This document shows, one piece after another, positions 10,573-19,731 of a DNA stretch of 64,000 nt. The translations under genes and the position numbers were made by a program. The first letter of the stretch is position 1. Every line of letters starts with the position of its first letter. Source of the stretch: an uncultured Acidobacteriota bacterium (GTDB lineage Bacteria; Actinomycetota; Acidimicrobiia; Spongiisociales; ZC4RG35); the NCBI GenBank assembly GCA_963734115.1, contig CAVTFV010000008.1:211581-275580 (forward strand), given 5' to 3'. The notes beneath the pieces were generated by a model, which did no database searches, was not told the origin of the DNA, and was given only the letters and a program-made list of their open reading frames with translations.

Positions 10573-11877
10573 TTACGAGGCTTCGATTCGTTCCCTGACG
10601 AGGTCCTGTGGTTTCGGCGGCGTATCTTCGATGGCCCAAGCCGAGGCGAGGGATTCTTCTTGAGCCTGCCAGCGGGCGGAGTCGTTGTACTGAACCCGCG
10701 CCAGGGTTTGCCCGGCTGCGACCCGGTCCCCGACTTTGGCTTCGAGGCTGATGCCGACTCCTGTGTCGATCAGGTCCTCCTGATGCTCTCTCCCTGCCCC
10801 GAGCCTCGTGGCCACCACTCCGATCGTCAGGGCATCACAACGCGTCACAAAGCCTGCGTGAGGCGCGGTGACAGCCGCCTCCTGCGAGCATTTCGGGAGG
10901 AGGCCTGGATCCTCTATGAATGAGGGATCCCCACCCTGTGCGGCGACGACGTCGATCAGCTTCTGCAGTGCCTTGCCTGAGTCGATGGCATCCTCGAGAG
11001 CGGTCCGTCCCCCGTCGATGCCGGCCAATTCCATCATGACCTCGCCCAGGCTCATGGTGAGCTCGACGACATCGGCCGGGCCCTGCCCGCGGAGCACGTC
11101 GATCGATTCGCTCAACTCGTTGGCGTTCCCCACCTCCTGCCCGAGCGGCTGGTCCATCCCGGTGATCAAGGCGATCGTCCGCACTCCGTGTCTGGCACCG
11201 ATCTCGACCATGGTGTGGGCGAGCAGACGTGACCCTTCGAGGTCTTTCATGAAGGCGCCGGAGCCGGTCTTCACGTCGAGTACCAGTCCGTCGAGGCCTT
11301 CGGCCAGCTTCTTCGACATGATCGATGAAGATATGAGGGGCAGCGAGGGGACGGTGGCGGTGGCGTCGCGAAGGGCGTAGAGCTTTCGGTCGGCCGGGAC
11401 CAGAGTTTCGGTCTGTCCCGCGAACACCATGCCGTGATCGGAAAGCACTTCCCGAAATCGGTCGGGTTCAAGACGGGTGGTGAACCCGGGAATCGTCTCC
11501 AGCTTGTCGAGGGTCCCGCCGGTGTGCCCCAACCCACGCCCTGACATCATCGGCACCACCACCCCGACCGAGGCCACCAGTGGGGCGAGGGGGATCGAGA
11601 CCTTGTCGCCAACCCCGCCGGTCGAGTGCTTGTCGACCTTGGCTGCGCCGATGTCGCTCAGATCGAATACCTCTCCGGAATGGAGCATTGCGGTGGTCCA
11701 GGCAGCGAGCTCAGCGGAGCTCATGCCTTTGAGAAAGATGGCCATCGCCAGTGCCGCCATCTGGTAGTCCGGAACGTCCCCGGCGGTGTATCTCTCGATC
11801 AACCACTCGATGGCCTCCGGGCTCAGCTCCCGGCCGTCCCTCTTGGCCTCGATCAGCTCGACTGCGGTGAATGCCAT
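10573..11877 (-). CDS. deoA: thymidine / pyrimidine-nucleoside phosphorylase
   Basis: KHSTGGVGDKVSIPLAPLVAS and SGRGLGHTGGTLDKLE motifs. I placed the start at the internal ATG (MAFTAVELIEAKRDG). Confidence 0.85.
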   Translation of the reverse strand: MAFTAVELIEAKRDGRELSPEAIEWLIERYTAGDVPDYQMAALAMAIFLKGMSSAELAAWTTAMLHSGEVFDLSDIGAAKVDKHSTGGVGDKVSIPLAPLVASVGVVVPMMSGRGLGHTGGTLDKLETIPGFTTRLEPDRFREVLSDHGMVFAGQTETLVPADRKLYALRDATATVPSLPLISSSIMSKKLAEGLDGLVLDVKTGSGAFMKDLEGSRLLAHTMVEIGARHGVRTIALITGMDQPLGQEVGNANELSESIDVLRGQGPADVVELTMSLGEVMMELAGIDGGRTALEDAIDSGKALQKLIDVVAAQGGDPSFIEDPGLLPKCSQEAAVTAPHAGFVTRCDALTIGVVATRLGAGREHQEDLIDTGVGISLEAKVGDRVAAGQTLARVQYNDSARWQAQEESLASAWAIEDTPPKPQDLVRERIEAS

Positions 11878-11902
11878 GCGACGAGACGTTATCGACAGAC
11901 CA

Positions 11903-12544
11903 CTAGGCGGCGGTGGGACCGGTTGGGGCCAGCCCTCGAAGGGTGGTGGCGAGAGCCTGGCGGAACACGTCCCCTCCGGCATCGGGGGAGTCGATCAGCC
12001 AGCCAGACAGTGGTCGGCGAGCGGCGTGGGTCAGCTCCAGACTCACCGCACCATGGGCCGCAGTCCACAGCGTGTAGGCCGCGACGAGAGGGCTCTCGGC
12101 CACGATCATCTCTTGTTCCATTGCCTCGCTCACCGCCTCGAACACCATCGAGAACGTCGATTCGAGCACATCTGAACGCTGCTGGGGCGGCGGGTCGAAG
12201 CCGACGATTCGCTCGAACATCAACGAGTAAAGGGCGGGATTGGCCACAGCGAACCGGCGATAGGCGAGTCCCAGCTCGATGATCCGGCGCAGCGGGTCCC
12301 GGCGATGCTCGACCGTCGCCATGGCCAGGGCGAGACGCTCGAAACCAGCGGCGTACACCGCGTTGAGAAGTCCCACCTTGTCGCCGAATCGCGAATAGAC
12401 ACACATGGTCGAGACATGGGCGGCAGATGCGACCCGACGCAGGACCAAGGCCTCGGTGCCCTGGTCGGCGAGAAGACGGATCGCCGCTTCGATCAGCTCG
12501 GTCCGAACGGTGTCGCGTTCACGCGTGGGGGTTGCCATATTCAA
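11903..12544 (-). CDS. TetR-family transcriptional regulator
   Basis: N-terminal HTH (LVLRRVASAAHVSTMCVYSRFGDKVGLL). It is divergent from the Mo-oxidoreductase gene. Confidence 0.8.
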   Translation of the reverse strand: MNMATPTRERDTVRTELIEAAIRLLADQGTEALVLRRVASAAHVSTMCVYSRFGDKVGLLNAVYAAGFERLALAMATVEHRRDPLRRIIELGLAYRRFAVANPALYSLMFERIVGFDPPPQQRSDVLESTFSMVFEAVSEAMEQEMIVAESPLVAAYTLWTAAHGAVSLELTHAARRPLSGWLIDSPDAGGDVFRQALATTLRGLAPTGPTAA

Positions 12545-12554
12545 TAACGCGGAG

Positions 12555-12570
12555 TATAACGAGTGTTATA
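12555..12570. promoter_or_regulatory. inverted repeat TATAAC-GAGT-GTTATA in the tetR / Mo-oxidoreductase divergent intergenic region; candidate TetR operator
   Basis: Perfect 6-bp arms with a 4-nt spacer in a 60-bp divergent promoter region. Confidence 0.35.
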
Positions 12571-12605
12571 GCGGAAGTGTAGAGCAGTCATCAACGAGGA
12601 AGGTC

Positions 12606-13598
12606 GTGGGTCGCAGGACGAATCTAGCGCTGGCGGTGTTGCTGGTCACTGCAGTGGTCTCAGGTCTGGCCAGTCAGGCGATCGGGGTCGATTGGCCACT
12701 CGACACCGCCGTCATCCATGGGGCGGTCGCCCTGGCGATCCTGCTCTTGTCGCCGTGGAAGACCGGCATCGTCCGGCGTGGGTTGAGTAAGAAGCGACCG
12801 GGACGCGTCTTCTCTCTGGCCCTTCTCACAATCGTCCTGATCACGCTCGCCTCGGGTCTCCTCCATGCCCTCGGCGCGATCTCGCGCATCGGCCCGCTGA
12901 CGGTGATGCAGATCCATGTGGGAGGCGCCGTCCTCGCACTCGGTCTCGCCACCGACCATTTCCGGCGTCATCCGGTCACACCCAAGCACTTCGATGTCGA
13001 CCGGCGTGCATTTCTCCGGACCTCGGTCCTGTCCGTGGCCGCGGCCGGTATCTGGCTCGCCTGGGAGGGGACCCTCCAGGCGCTGGAGGCGCCGGGGAGG
13101 GAGCGCCGATTCACCGGCATGCACCAGAGAGGTTCGCATGACCCTGCCGGTCTGCCCACGACCTCCTGGCTCGATGACCGTGTGCCGACGATCGAAGGCA
13201 ATGAATGGGCAGCGGTCATCGCGGGACATGAACTGAGTCTGGCCGACCTCGAGACGATGCCTCAGGACACCTTCCCGGCCATCCTCGATTGCACCGGGGG
13301 CTGGTATTCGGAGCAAGAGTGGGCCGGAGTCAGACTCGATCGATTGATCGATCCCGCAGGCAGCCGCAGCTTCGTCGCCTGGTCGGCGACCGGGTATGCA
13401 CGAAGATTCCCGATCGCCGACCTGGAGAGCACATGGCTGGTGACACGTCTCGGCGGCGAGCCCCTGAGCCCGGGACACGGCTTCCCGGCTCGGATCGTGG
13501 CGCCGGCTAGACGTGGGTTCTGGTGGGTGAAGTGGGTAACCCGGATCGAGCCCTCACCGGTGCCGTGGTGGCTTCAGTCGCCGTTCCCGCTCACCTGA
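12606..13598 (+). CDS. membrane-anchored sulfite-oxidase-family molybdopterin oxidoreductase (MsrP/YedY-like catalytic domain fused to an N-terminal 4-helix His-containing membrane domain)
   Basis: C-terminal GHGFPARIVAP..RGFWWVKWVTRIE Moco-domain signature. N-terminal hydrophobic helices carry conserved His residues. GTG start with GGAAGG upstream. Confidence 0.75.
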   Translation: MGRRTNLALAVLLVTAVVSGLASQAIGVDWPLDTAVIHGAVALAILLLSPWKTGIVRRGLSKKRPGRVFSLALLTIVLITLASGLLHALGAISRIGPLTVMQIHVGGAVLALGLATDHFRRHPVTPKHFDVDRRAFLRTSVLSVAAAGIWLAWEGTLQALEAPGRERRFTGMHQRGSHDPAGLPTTSWLDDRVPTIEGNEWAAVIAGHELSLADLETMPQDTFPAILDCTGGWYSEQEWAGVRLDRLIDPAGSRSFVAWSATGYARRFPIADLESTWLVTRLGGEPLSPGHGFPARIVAPARRGFWWVKWVTRIEPSPVPWWLQSPFPLT

Positions 13599-13603
13599 CG
13601 AGG

Positions 13604-14440
13604 TCAGCCCCTCTCGACCGGGACGTTCACCAGCGATCCATACTCCGTCCAGGACCCGTCGTAGTTCTTGACATCCTCGTGGCCGAGGAGTTCGGTCAGG
13701 ACGAACCAAGTATGTGAGGACCGCTCGCCGATGCGGCAGTAGGCGATGATCTCGCCGCCAGTGACGCCGGCCCCCTCGTACAGCTCCTTCAACTCGTCCA
13801 CCGACTTGAAAGTGCCGTCCTCGTTGGCTGCCTTGCCCCACGGGATGTTCTTCGCCCCTGGCACGTGCCCCGCCACGTACGGCTGCTCCTGAGGGAGATG
13901 GTCCGGGGCGATCTTCTCGCCACTGAACTCCTCCGGTGAGCGGACGTCGACGAGCGTGGCCTGTCCCTGCACTTCGAGCACATGGTCCCGGAACGAGCGG
14001 ACCTCGGGTCGCTCTGCCCCGGTGATCGAGAACTCGGTCGGTGCGATGTTCGGGGACTCCGACTCGAGGGGCAACGAGTCGATCTGCCACTTCTTGCGGC
14101 CCCCGTCGAGCAGCTTCACGTTCTCGAAGCCGCGGTACTTGAGCAGCCAATAGGCATACGCGGCAAACCAATTGTTGTTGCCGCCGTAGAGGACGACCGT
14201 CGTGTCGGGACCGACCCCGGCCGCGGACAACAGCTTGCTGAAGCCCTCCTGGTCGAGATAGTCACGGCGCGTTGGGTGGTGGAGGTCGTCGGACCAGCTC
14301 CAGGCGATGGCGCCGGGGATGTGGTCTTTGTCGTAGACCGTGGCGTCCTCGTCTACCTCGATGACCCGGATGTTCGGGTCACTCAGATTGGCTTTGAGCC
14401 AGTCGGTGGTGACGAGGGCGTCGGGGTTTGCATAAGCCAT
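13604..14440 (-). CDS. sseA: thiosulfate/3-mercaptopyruvate sulfurtransferase (two rhodanese domains)
   Basis: 278 aa with two rhodanese domains and an active-site Cys in CRIGERSS. Confidence 0.85.
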   Translation of the reverse strand: MAYANPDALVTTDWLKANLSDPNIRVIEVDEDATVYDKDHIPGAIAWSWSDDLHHPTRRDYLDQEGFSKLLSAAGVGPDTTVVLYGGNNNWFAAYAYWLLKYRGFENVKLLDGGRKKWQIDSLPLESESPNIAPTEFSITGAERPEVRSFRDHVLEVQGQATLVDVRSPEEFSGEKIAPDHLPQEQPYVAGHVPGAKNIPWGKAANEDGTFKSVDELKELYEGAGVTGGEIIAYCRIGERSSHTWFVLTELLGHEDVKNYDGSWTEYGSLVNVPVERG

Positions 14441-14648
14441 GTGTCATTGCTCCTTTGACATGCGATAGATGGTGAGACGCCGGAGAGGTCTTGGCTCTCG
14501 GGTGGTGGCGTCTTCAGGAGCGCTGACGGTGTGCGGCGTCGGCGCCCGGGCTGACCACCCGAGAGCTCTCACAGAGACACGCGCACATCGTCATTCGAGA
14601 CACACCGGAACGTTATGCACAGGTCTGGGCGAAGTCAATGTGGGCCGG

Positions 14649-14849
14649 TCACCCGAAGAAACCGACAACGATCAGGGCCACCACGATCGACATGAAACCG
14701 GCTACCAAGGTGAGCTGCATCCGATCGAAGCGATCCGACAGGTGACGGATCGCTGCACGGAACTCCGCCTGCAACCCGTCACGCACCGCGTAGAGATCGT
14801 CCCTGGTCGCAAAGGCGGTTTCGGGGCTCACCCTGCCACCTTGCCGCAT
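14649..14849 (-). CDS. small tail-anchored hypothetical protein
   Basis: About 66 aa starting MRQGGRV, with a C-terminal TM helix LTLVAGFMSIVVALIVVGFFG. It lies just downstream of argC. This is a weak call. Confidence 0.3.
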   Translation of the reverse strand: MRQGGRVSPETAFATRDDLYAVRDGLQAEFRAAIRHLSDRFDRMQLTLVAGFMSIVVALIVVGFFG

Positions 14850-14877
14850 GGACGCCTCGACTGCAAAGGGTTTGCCA

Positions 14878-15801
14878 TCAGTTGAGGCCCTCGAACTCGG
14901 GCAGACCCAAGGCCAGGTTGATGTTCTGCAACGCCTGCACCGCCGCCCCCTTGAGCAGATTGTCCTCGGCGGCGATAACCACTGCGTTGTGGCCATCGGC
15001 GCTGGTCTCGAATCCACCGACAATCACGCCCTGGTGTTCCGCCCCGTCTCTCAATTCCGGGATCGTGTTCCGGATCTCGATCAGTGGCTCCTCGCCGTAC
15101 ATCTCCTCATAGCGCGCCATGATCTCGATAGAGGTCATAGCCCGACCCAAGGGGATGTGGGCCGTCACGAGGAGACCACGGAAAGCCGGGTGGACGTGGG
15201 GGATGAACCGCACCGGGATCCCGAGATGTCTGACCGTCTCCCGCTCGTGGTTGTGTCCCACCAGCTTGTACGGCATCAGATTGTCTCGAAGTTGGTCGGG
15301 ATCGTTGCGCGGTCCGGGCGTGGTCCCCGCGCCGGAGTACCCGGAAACCCCGAACACCGCCGGCACGCCGGAGATGGCCTCGAGTAGGGGAGCGAGCGCG
15401 ATCTGGGTTGCAGTGGCGTAGCACCCCGGGTTGGCGATCCGCCGCGCCCCGTTCAGCTTCTCCCGGAAAAGCTCTGGCAGACCGTACGCCCAGGTGTCGT
15501 CGAATCGATGATCCGCGGAGATATCGACGATCACGGTCTCTTCGTCGATGCCGTCCACATAGGGGTCGCCGGCACCATCGGGGAGGGCCAGGACCACAAC
15601 GTCCAGGTCGCGCCCCGCCAGATCCTCAGAACCGATCGACTCGTAGCGGACGTCATCCAGCCCTGGCACTGGCTCACCGGCCAGTTCCCGGGACGCGGCG
15701 AAGACGAGCTCTAGAGACGGTTGATCCCTGATCAACCGCACCAACTCCGCTCCAGTGTGGCCGCGGGCTCCCACCACGCCAACGCGGTAAGAGTCACTCA
15801 T
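14878..15801 (-). CDS. argC: N-acetyl-gamma-glutamyl-phosphate reductase
   Basis: Start MSDSYRVGVVGARGHTG, active-site GCYATA. The ATG overlaps the stop of the upstream gene (ATGA). Confidence 0.9.
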   Translation of the reverse strand: MSDSYRVGVVGARGHTGAELVRLIRDQPSLELVFAASRELAGEPVPGLDDVRYESIGSEDLAGRDLDVVVLALPDGAGDPYVDGIDEETVIVDISADHRFDDTWAYGLPELFREKLNGARRIANPGCYATATQIALAPLLEAISGVPAVFGVSGYSGAGTTPGPRNDPDQLRDNLMPYKLVGHNHERETVRHLGIPVRFIPHVHPAFRGLLVTAHIPLGRAMTSIEIMARYEEMYGEEPLIEIRNTIPELRDGAEHQGVIVGGFETSADGHNAVVIAAEDNLLKGAAVQALQNINLALGLPEFEGLN

Positions 15802-17143
15802 CGTCGTCGCCGACGAAGGATGGGGGCAGGGTCGCGATCGACTCGACACGGGGTGCGATGCGGTCGAAGTTCGTCTCGCCTTTCCAGAATACGGTCCACG
15901 GCCCACGCTTCACGGAGCCATCGGCCTCGTCGACATAGAAGGAGTTGAACCGATTGTCGGTCCGCGACCGCCAGTAGAGCACAGGGTGATCGGCGATCAG
16001 CTGTGCCCAGACGGTCCTGGCCAGCCCCTCACCACGGGCGTCCTCGAGGATGGCGAACTTGTCCAGGTACGAGACGTCGCCGACACGGCTGACGATGGCC
16101 CCGGCTCTGAGGCTCTCCGATAGATAGGCGCTGTGCAGGTCGAGGTGCTGCCACCACCCTTCTTTCAAAGGCCGCCCGAATGCCTCCTCGACCAGCTTGA
16201 CCACCTGACTCCCGTCGATCGAGTCGGGATCGGTGATTCGATCGATGAGCTCTCCCTTCCGCACCAGAGTGCCCGACCCGCCATGGGTGAAAAGCTCTTT
16301 GACCAGGCCCGACGGGGTGGTGATGGAGACGGAGGTGGAAAGCGGAGTGTCGTCCAGCAGCCGTTTGATCTCGGCCAGCTTTAGCCGCATCCCGGAGTGG
16401 ACCCAGTCCTGGGTCATGAGGTGGTCGTAGTCGGAGGCGAGGTTGATCGACTCGATCGGCCGCGCATCGTCGTCGAGGAGGCCACCGACATCGACCAGGA
16501 AGATGATCTTCAGGGGCTGCACCGCATGTACGAGCGCTCGGGTCGCTGCGTCGGCGTTCATGTTGACGATCTGCCCGCCCGGGGCGACACCGAGACAGGT
16601 CAGGATGGGAATCGCACCGGAATCGACGATGGAGCGGATGAGGGCGATGTGCACCTCCGTCGGCTCGCCGACGAGCCCGTACTTGTCCCGGTCGACGTAG
16701 TCGGCTTCGAAGGCGCCGGCCGTGAGACCGTGGGCGGCAACCCCCTGCTCCCTTATCGCCTCGACGAGGAGGATGTTCTGCTCGATGAAGGTGTCGCGGG
16801 CCGCGTCGAGCACGTCGGGCTCGGTGACTCTGAGCCCGTCGATCCTGCGGCTCTCGATCCCACGCTGGTCGAGTGCACGGTCCAGCTGCGTGCCGCCACC
16901 GTGAATCACGATCGGGGTCAGCCCGACGGTATGGAGAAAGGCCAGGGCAGCGGCCGTCTCTTCCAGATGCTCGGCGAGGATCGCTCCACCGATCTTGATC
17001 ACGGCGAAACGTGACCGGTCAACTTCGGAGAACCGTTGCAGGTAGGAGCGGATCTCCCTCCCATCACTCATGTTGGAGAGGAGATGGACGATGGTCTGGC
17101 GCACGTCCCGGCTCTGTGAAGCCGGAACCCGATCTTCGCTCAT
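15794..17143 (-). CDS. argA: ArgA-type N-acetylglutamate synthase with fused amino-acid-kinase and GNAT domains (possibly bifunctional NAGS/NAGK)
   Basis: AAK domain (FAVIKIGGAIL, IVIHGGGTQLD) followed by a C-terminal acetyltransferase domain. I placed the start at the internal ATG (MSEDRVPASQ). Confidence 0.8.
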   Translation of the reverse strand: MSEDRVPASQSRDVRQTIVHLLSNMSDGREIRSYLQRFSEVDRSRFAVIKIGGAILAEHLEETAAALAFLHTVGLTPIVIHGGGTQLDRALDQRGIESRRIDGLRVTEPDVLDAARDTFIEQNILLVEAIREQGVAAHGLTAGAFEADYVDRDKYGLVGEPTEVHIALIRSIVDSGAIPILTCLGVAPGGQIVNMNADAATRALVHAVQPLKIIFLVDVGGLLDDDARPIESINLASDYDHLMTQDWVHSGMRLKLAEIKRLLDDTPLSTSVSITTPSGLVKELFTHGGSGTLVRKGELIDRITDPDSIDGSQVVKLVEEAFGRPLKEGWWQHLDLHSAYLSESLRAGAIVSRVGDVSYLDKFAILEDARGEGLARTVWAQLIADHPVLYWRSRTDNRFNSFYVDEADGSVKRGPWTVFWKGETNFDRIAPRVESIATLPPSFVGDDDE

Positions 17144-18138
17144 TGCCCGATCAGATTGGTCATGATCGCTTTCTGGACGTGGAGACGGTTCTCGGCTTCG
17201 TCGTAGGCCATGCAGCTCGAGCTGTCGAACACGTCGTCGGTCATGATGACGTTGCGTCTCATCGGGAGGCAGTGGCTCACCACCGCATCGCTTGTCATCG
17301 CCATCTTGCGCGAGTCGACGATGAAATCCTGGTACTTGTCCCGGATCGGCTTTTCCTCCTCCCACCGCCCGAAGAAAGGGATCGCTCCCCAGCTCTTGGC
17401 GTACACGACATCGGCTCCCTCGTAGCCGGTCTCGATGTCATAGGTCACGGTCACGCTTCTCCCGTTTGCCCCTGCATCGCGGGTGGCGATGTTCATGTAC
17501 CGGTCGTCGAGCAGAAAATCCTCCGTCGGGCAGAGCAGGGTGACGTTCATCCCGAACTTGGCGGCGATCAGGAGTGCAGAATTTGCCACCGCTGTGTTCA
17601 ATGGTTTGGGGTGGTAGCTCCAGGTCAGCAGATAGCGCTTGCCGTCGAGTGGCCCGAGACGCTCTTGGAGGGCCATGACGTGGGCCAGCTCCTGACAGGG
17701 ATGGGTGATGGTCTCCATGTTGATGACGGGAACGTCGGCGTGCGTGGCGAAGGCCTGGAGGATGGTGTCCTTGCGGTCCTCCTCCCAGTTCTCGAATTTG
17801 GGAAACGCCCTGATCCCGATCAGGTCGCAGTAACGGGAGAGGACCTTGGCCGCCTCTTTGACGTGCTCCTCGGCGTCATCGAGCATGATCGCCCCGTCTT
17901 CGAACTCGAGCGGCCACATACCGCCGGAGGGGGAGAGCACGACTGCGTGCCCTCCCAGCTGGTTGGCGCCGACGTCGAAGGACGTGCGCGTTCGCAGCGA
18001 GTTGTTGAGGAAGAGCAGGGCGACGGTCTTCCCCTCGAGTGCCTTGCCATATGGTGATTCCTTGAGACGGCGCCCCTCGTCAACCATCGACTGAAGCTCG
18101 GGTCGGGTCCAATCGAAGGTGTTCAGGAAGTGGCGCAT
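17140..18138 (-). CDS. argF: N-acyl-ornithine (AOTCase/SOTCase-like) carbamoyltransferase
   Basis: SLRTRTS carbamoyl-phosphate motif, HPCQ and HCLP motifs. It lacks the DxxxSMG ornithine-binding motif of classical OTCase. I placed the start at the internal ATG (MRHFLNTFDW). Confidence 0.8.
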   Translation of the reverse strand: MRHFLNTFDWTRPELQSMVDEGRRLKESPYGKALEGKTVALLFLNNSLRTRTSFDVGANQLGGHAVVLSPSGGMWPLEFEDGAIMLDDAEEHVKEAAKVLSRYCDLIGIRAFPKFENWEEDRKDTILQAFATHADVPVINMETITHPCQELAHVMALQERLGPLDGKRYLLTWSYHPKPLNTAVANSALLIAAKFGMNVTLLCPTEDFLLDDRYMNIATRDAGANGRSVTVTYDIETGYEGADVVYAKSWGAIPFFGRWEEEKPIRDKYQDFIVDSRKMAMTSDAVVSHCLPMRRNVIMTDDVFDSSSCMAYDEAENRLHVQKAIMTNLIGQ

Positions 18139-18332
18139 CGTCGCAGTTTGATTGGGCAAACCGCGAAATCCAAGAGAGCTGGCATTGCCTTGGAGCGGCA
18201 GCCCCGGCCGACCGGCGTCTGTTCGCCCTGAGGTGTGGGGCGGGGCGAACTTGAACCCCTGGAGGAGTGAGGGTTGCCGAAGGGCAAAGTCGGCCGGCAA
18301 TCAAGGCAGCCGCCACTCGACGGCAAGTCTCG

Positions 18333-19670
18333 CTACCCGCGTTGGGTCTCGTAACCCTTCTCCGCCCACTCTGTGATGCCCCCGGTGATGCTGTGGGCGT
18401 CCCGATAGCCGAGTGAGTTGATGTAGAGCACCCCAGGCAGGGAGATGTTGCCACGGGCGCAGACGATCAGCACCGGGGTGTCGAGACCTGCGGGCAGCTG
18501 GTCCTGGTTGTCCGGTAGCTCCATGAGAGGGATGTTGATGGCTCCCGGGATGTGCTCCTGAGCGAACTCCTCGGCCGATCTGACATCGACCACGAAGGGC
18601 CTCTCTGCCTCCCACCGGTCGTGGGCCGCTTCGGCATCGACGGTGAGATGGGGGTTGTGCCGGGTGTGCTCGATGATGGCGTCGAACAGCTCTTCCCGGC
18701 GGCTCTTGGCCCGAGGCAGCGCCGTTGGAGCCAGCCCGGGGATGTGCCTGGCCATCGACGAGGCGTACTTGAAGGCGTTGTCCGGGAACATCACGACGAC
18801 CCTGGTCCCGGGCGCATCGGGAACCATCGCCAGGGCGCCGGCGAGAGCCATCCCCGAGCTCGGCCCGGCAGGGATGCTCTCCTCGCGGTTGAGTCGCAAC
18901 GTAAGCGCGTAGGCGTCCTCGTTGCCGATCTCGATCATCCCGTCGTATTCATCGGGGAGGAAGAACTCGGTCTGCTTGAGCTGGCGGATGCTGCGCACTC
19001 CGGGGATGTCGTGGCCCTCGCCCGGGTGGACCCCGATGACCTGCACGCTGGAGCTTTGCTCCTTGAGGAACCGCCCGGTACCCGTGATCGTGCCGCAGGT
19101 CCCCATCCCGGCCACGAAATGGGTGATCGCCCCGTCCATCTGACGCCAGATCTCCGGCCCGGTGGTCCGATAGTGGGCATCGGGGTTCGACGGGTTCCGG
19201 TACTGGTTCAGCATGAGGAAGTCCGGCTTCTCGGCGATCTCCGTCGCCCGGGCGATCGCACCCTCGGGTGCCCACGGAGCGGGGCAGAGGTCGTCCTCCA
19301 ACTCCTCGACGTTGGCACCGAAGAATCGGAGCATCGTCCGCTTCTCGATGGGGATGGCGCTGGACAGCGGAGTGGTCAGGTCATAGCCGAGGAGATTGCC
19401 CATCATGACCAGGCCGAGACCGGTGTTGCCTGACGTTGGCTCGACCAGATCTTCGTCGGTCAGTTCACCCTGCTCCCGGGCCTGCTGGATCATGTTGGAG
19501 GCGATTCGGTCCTTGACGGAGCCGAACGGGTTGTACCACTCGAGCTTGACGTAGACCTCGGTGTGCTGGAACGGGACAACGTGGTTGAGCTTGACTATCG
19601 GAGTCGGGTTCTCGGCGTTCGAGAGCAGCCCGAGCATCGAGTCGTAGATGCGGCGTGAGTGGTCGTTCAA
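18333..19670 (-). CDS. cysteine synthase (PLP fold-type II, CysK/CysM-like) fused to a C-terminal rhodanese domain
   Basis: N-terminal region with the catalytic Lys in PFGSVKDRIA and EPTSGNTGLGL. C-terminal region FVVDVRSAEEFAQEHIPGAINIP...VCARGNIS with the rhodanese catalytic Cys. TTG start. Confidence 0.85.
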   Translation of the reverse strand: MNDHSRRIYDSMLGLLSNAENPTPIVKLNHVVPFQHTEVYVKLEWYNPFGSVKDRIASNMIQQAREQGELTDEDLVEPTSGNTGLGLVMMGNLLGYDLTTPLSSAIPIEKRTMLRFFGANVEELEDDLCPAPWAPEGAIARATEIAEKPDFLMLNQYRNPSNPDAHYRTTGPEIWRQMDGAITHFVAGMGTCGTITGTGRFLKEQSSSVQVIGVHPGEGHDIPGVRSIRQLKQTEFFLPDEYDGMIEIGNEDAYALTLRLNREESIPAGPSSGMALAGALAMVPDAPGTRVVVMFPDNAFKYASSMARHIPGLAPTALPRAKSRREELFDAIIEHTRHNPHLTVDAEAAHDRWEAERPFVVDVRSAEEFAQEHIPGAINIPLMELPDNQDQLPAGLDTPVLIVCARGNISLPGVLYINSLGYRDAHSITGGITEWAEKGYETQRG

Positions 19671-19707
19671 TTGCGCTCGCCTGTTGCCACTCTCAAGGAT
19701 AGGAGAG

Positions 19708-19725
19708 CCGGGGGTATTCCCCCGG
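19708..19725 (-). terminator. GC-rich hairpin CCGGGGG-TATT-CCCCCGG about 7 nt after the SIMPL gene stop; candidate intrinsic terminator
   Basis: 7-bp perfect stem with a 4-nt loop, followed on the minus strand by a CUCUCCUAUCC tract. Coordinates are good to +/-3 nt. Confidence 0.35.
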
Positions 19726-19731
19726 GGCGGT

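Noticed and set aside
17011-18057. 348-aa plus-strand ORF
   Set aside because: Antisense to the carbamoyltransferase gene.
18139-18332. ARG-box / ArgR operator upstream of the carbamoyltransferase gene
   Set aside because: Only a short GTTTG-N6-CAAAC inverted repeat is present. It has no convincing match to the ARG-box consensus, and I cannot support a call.
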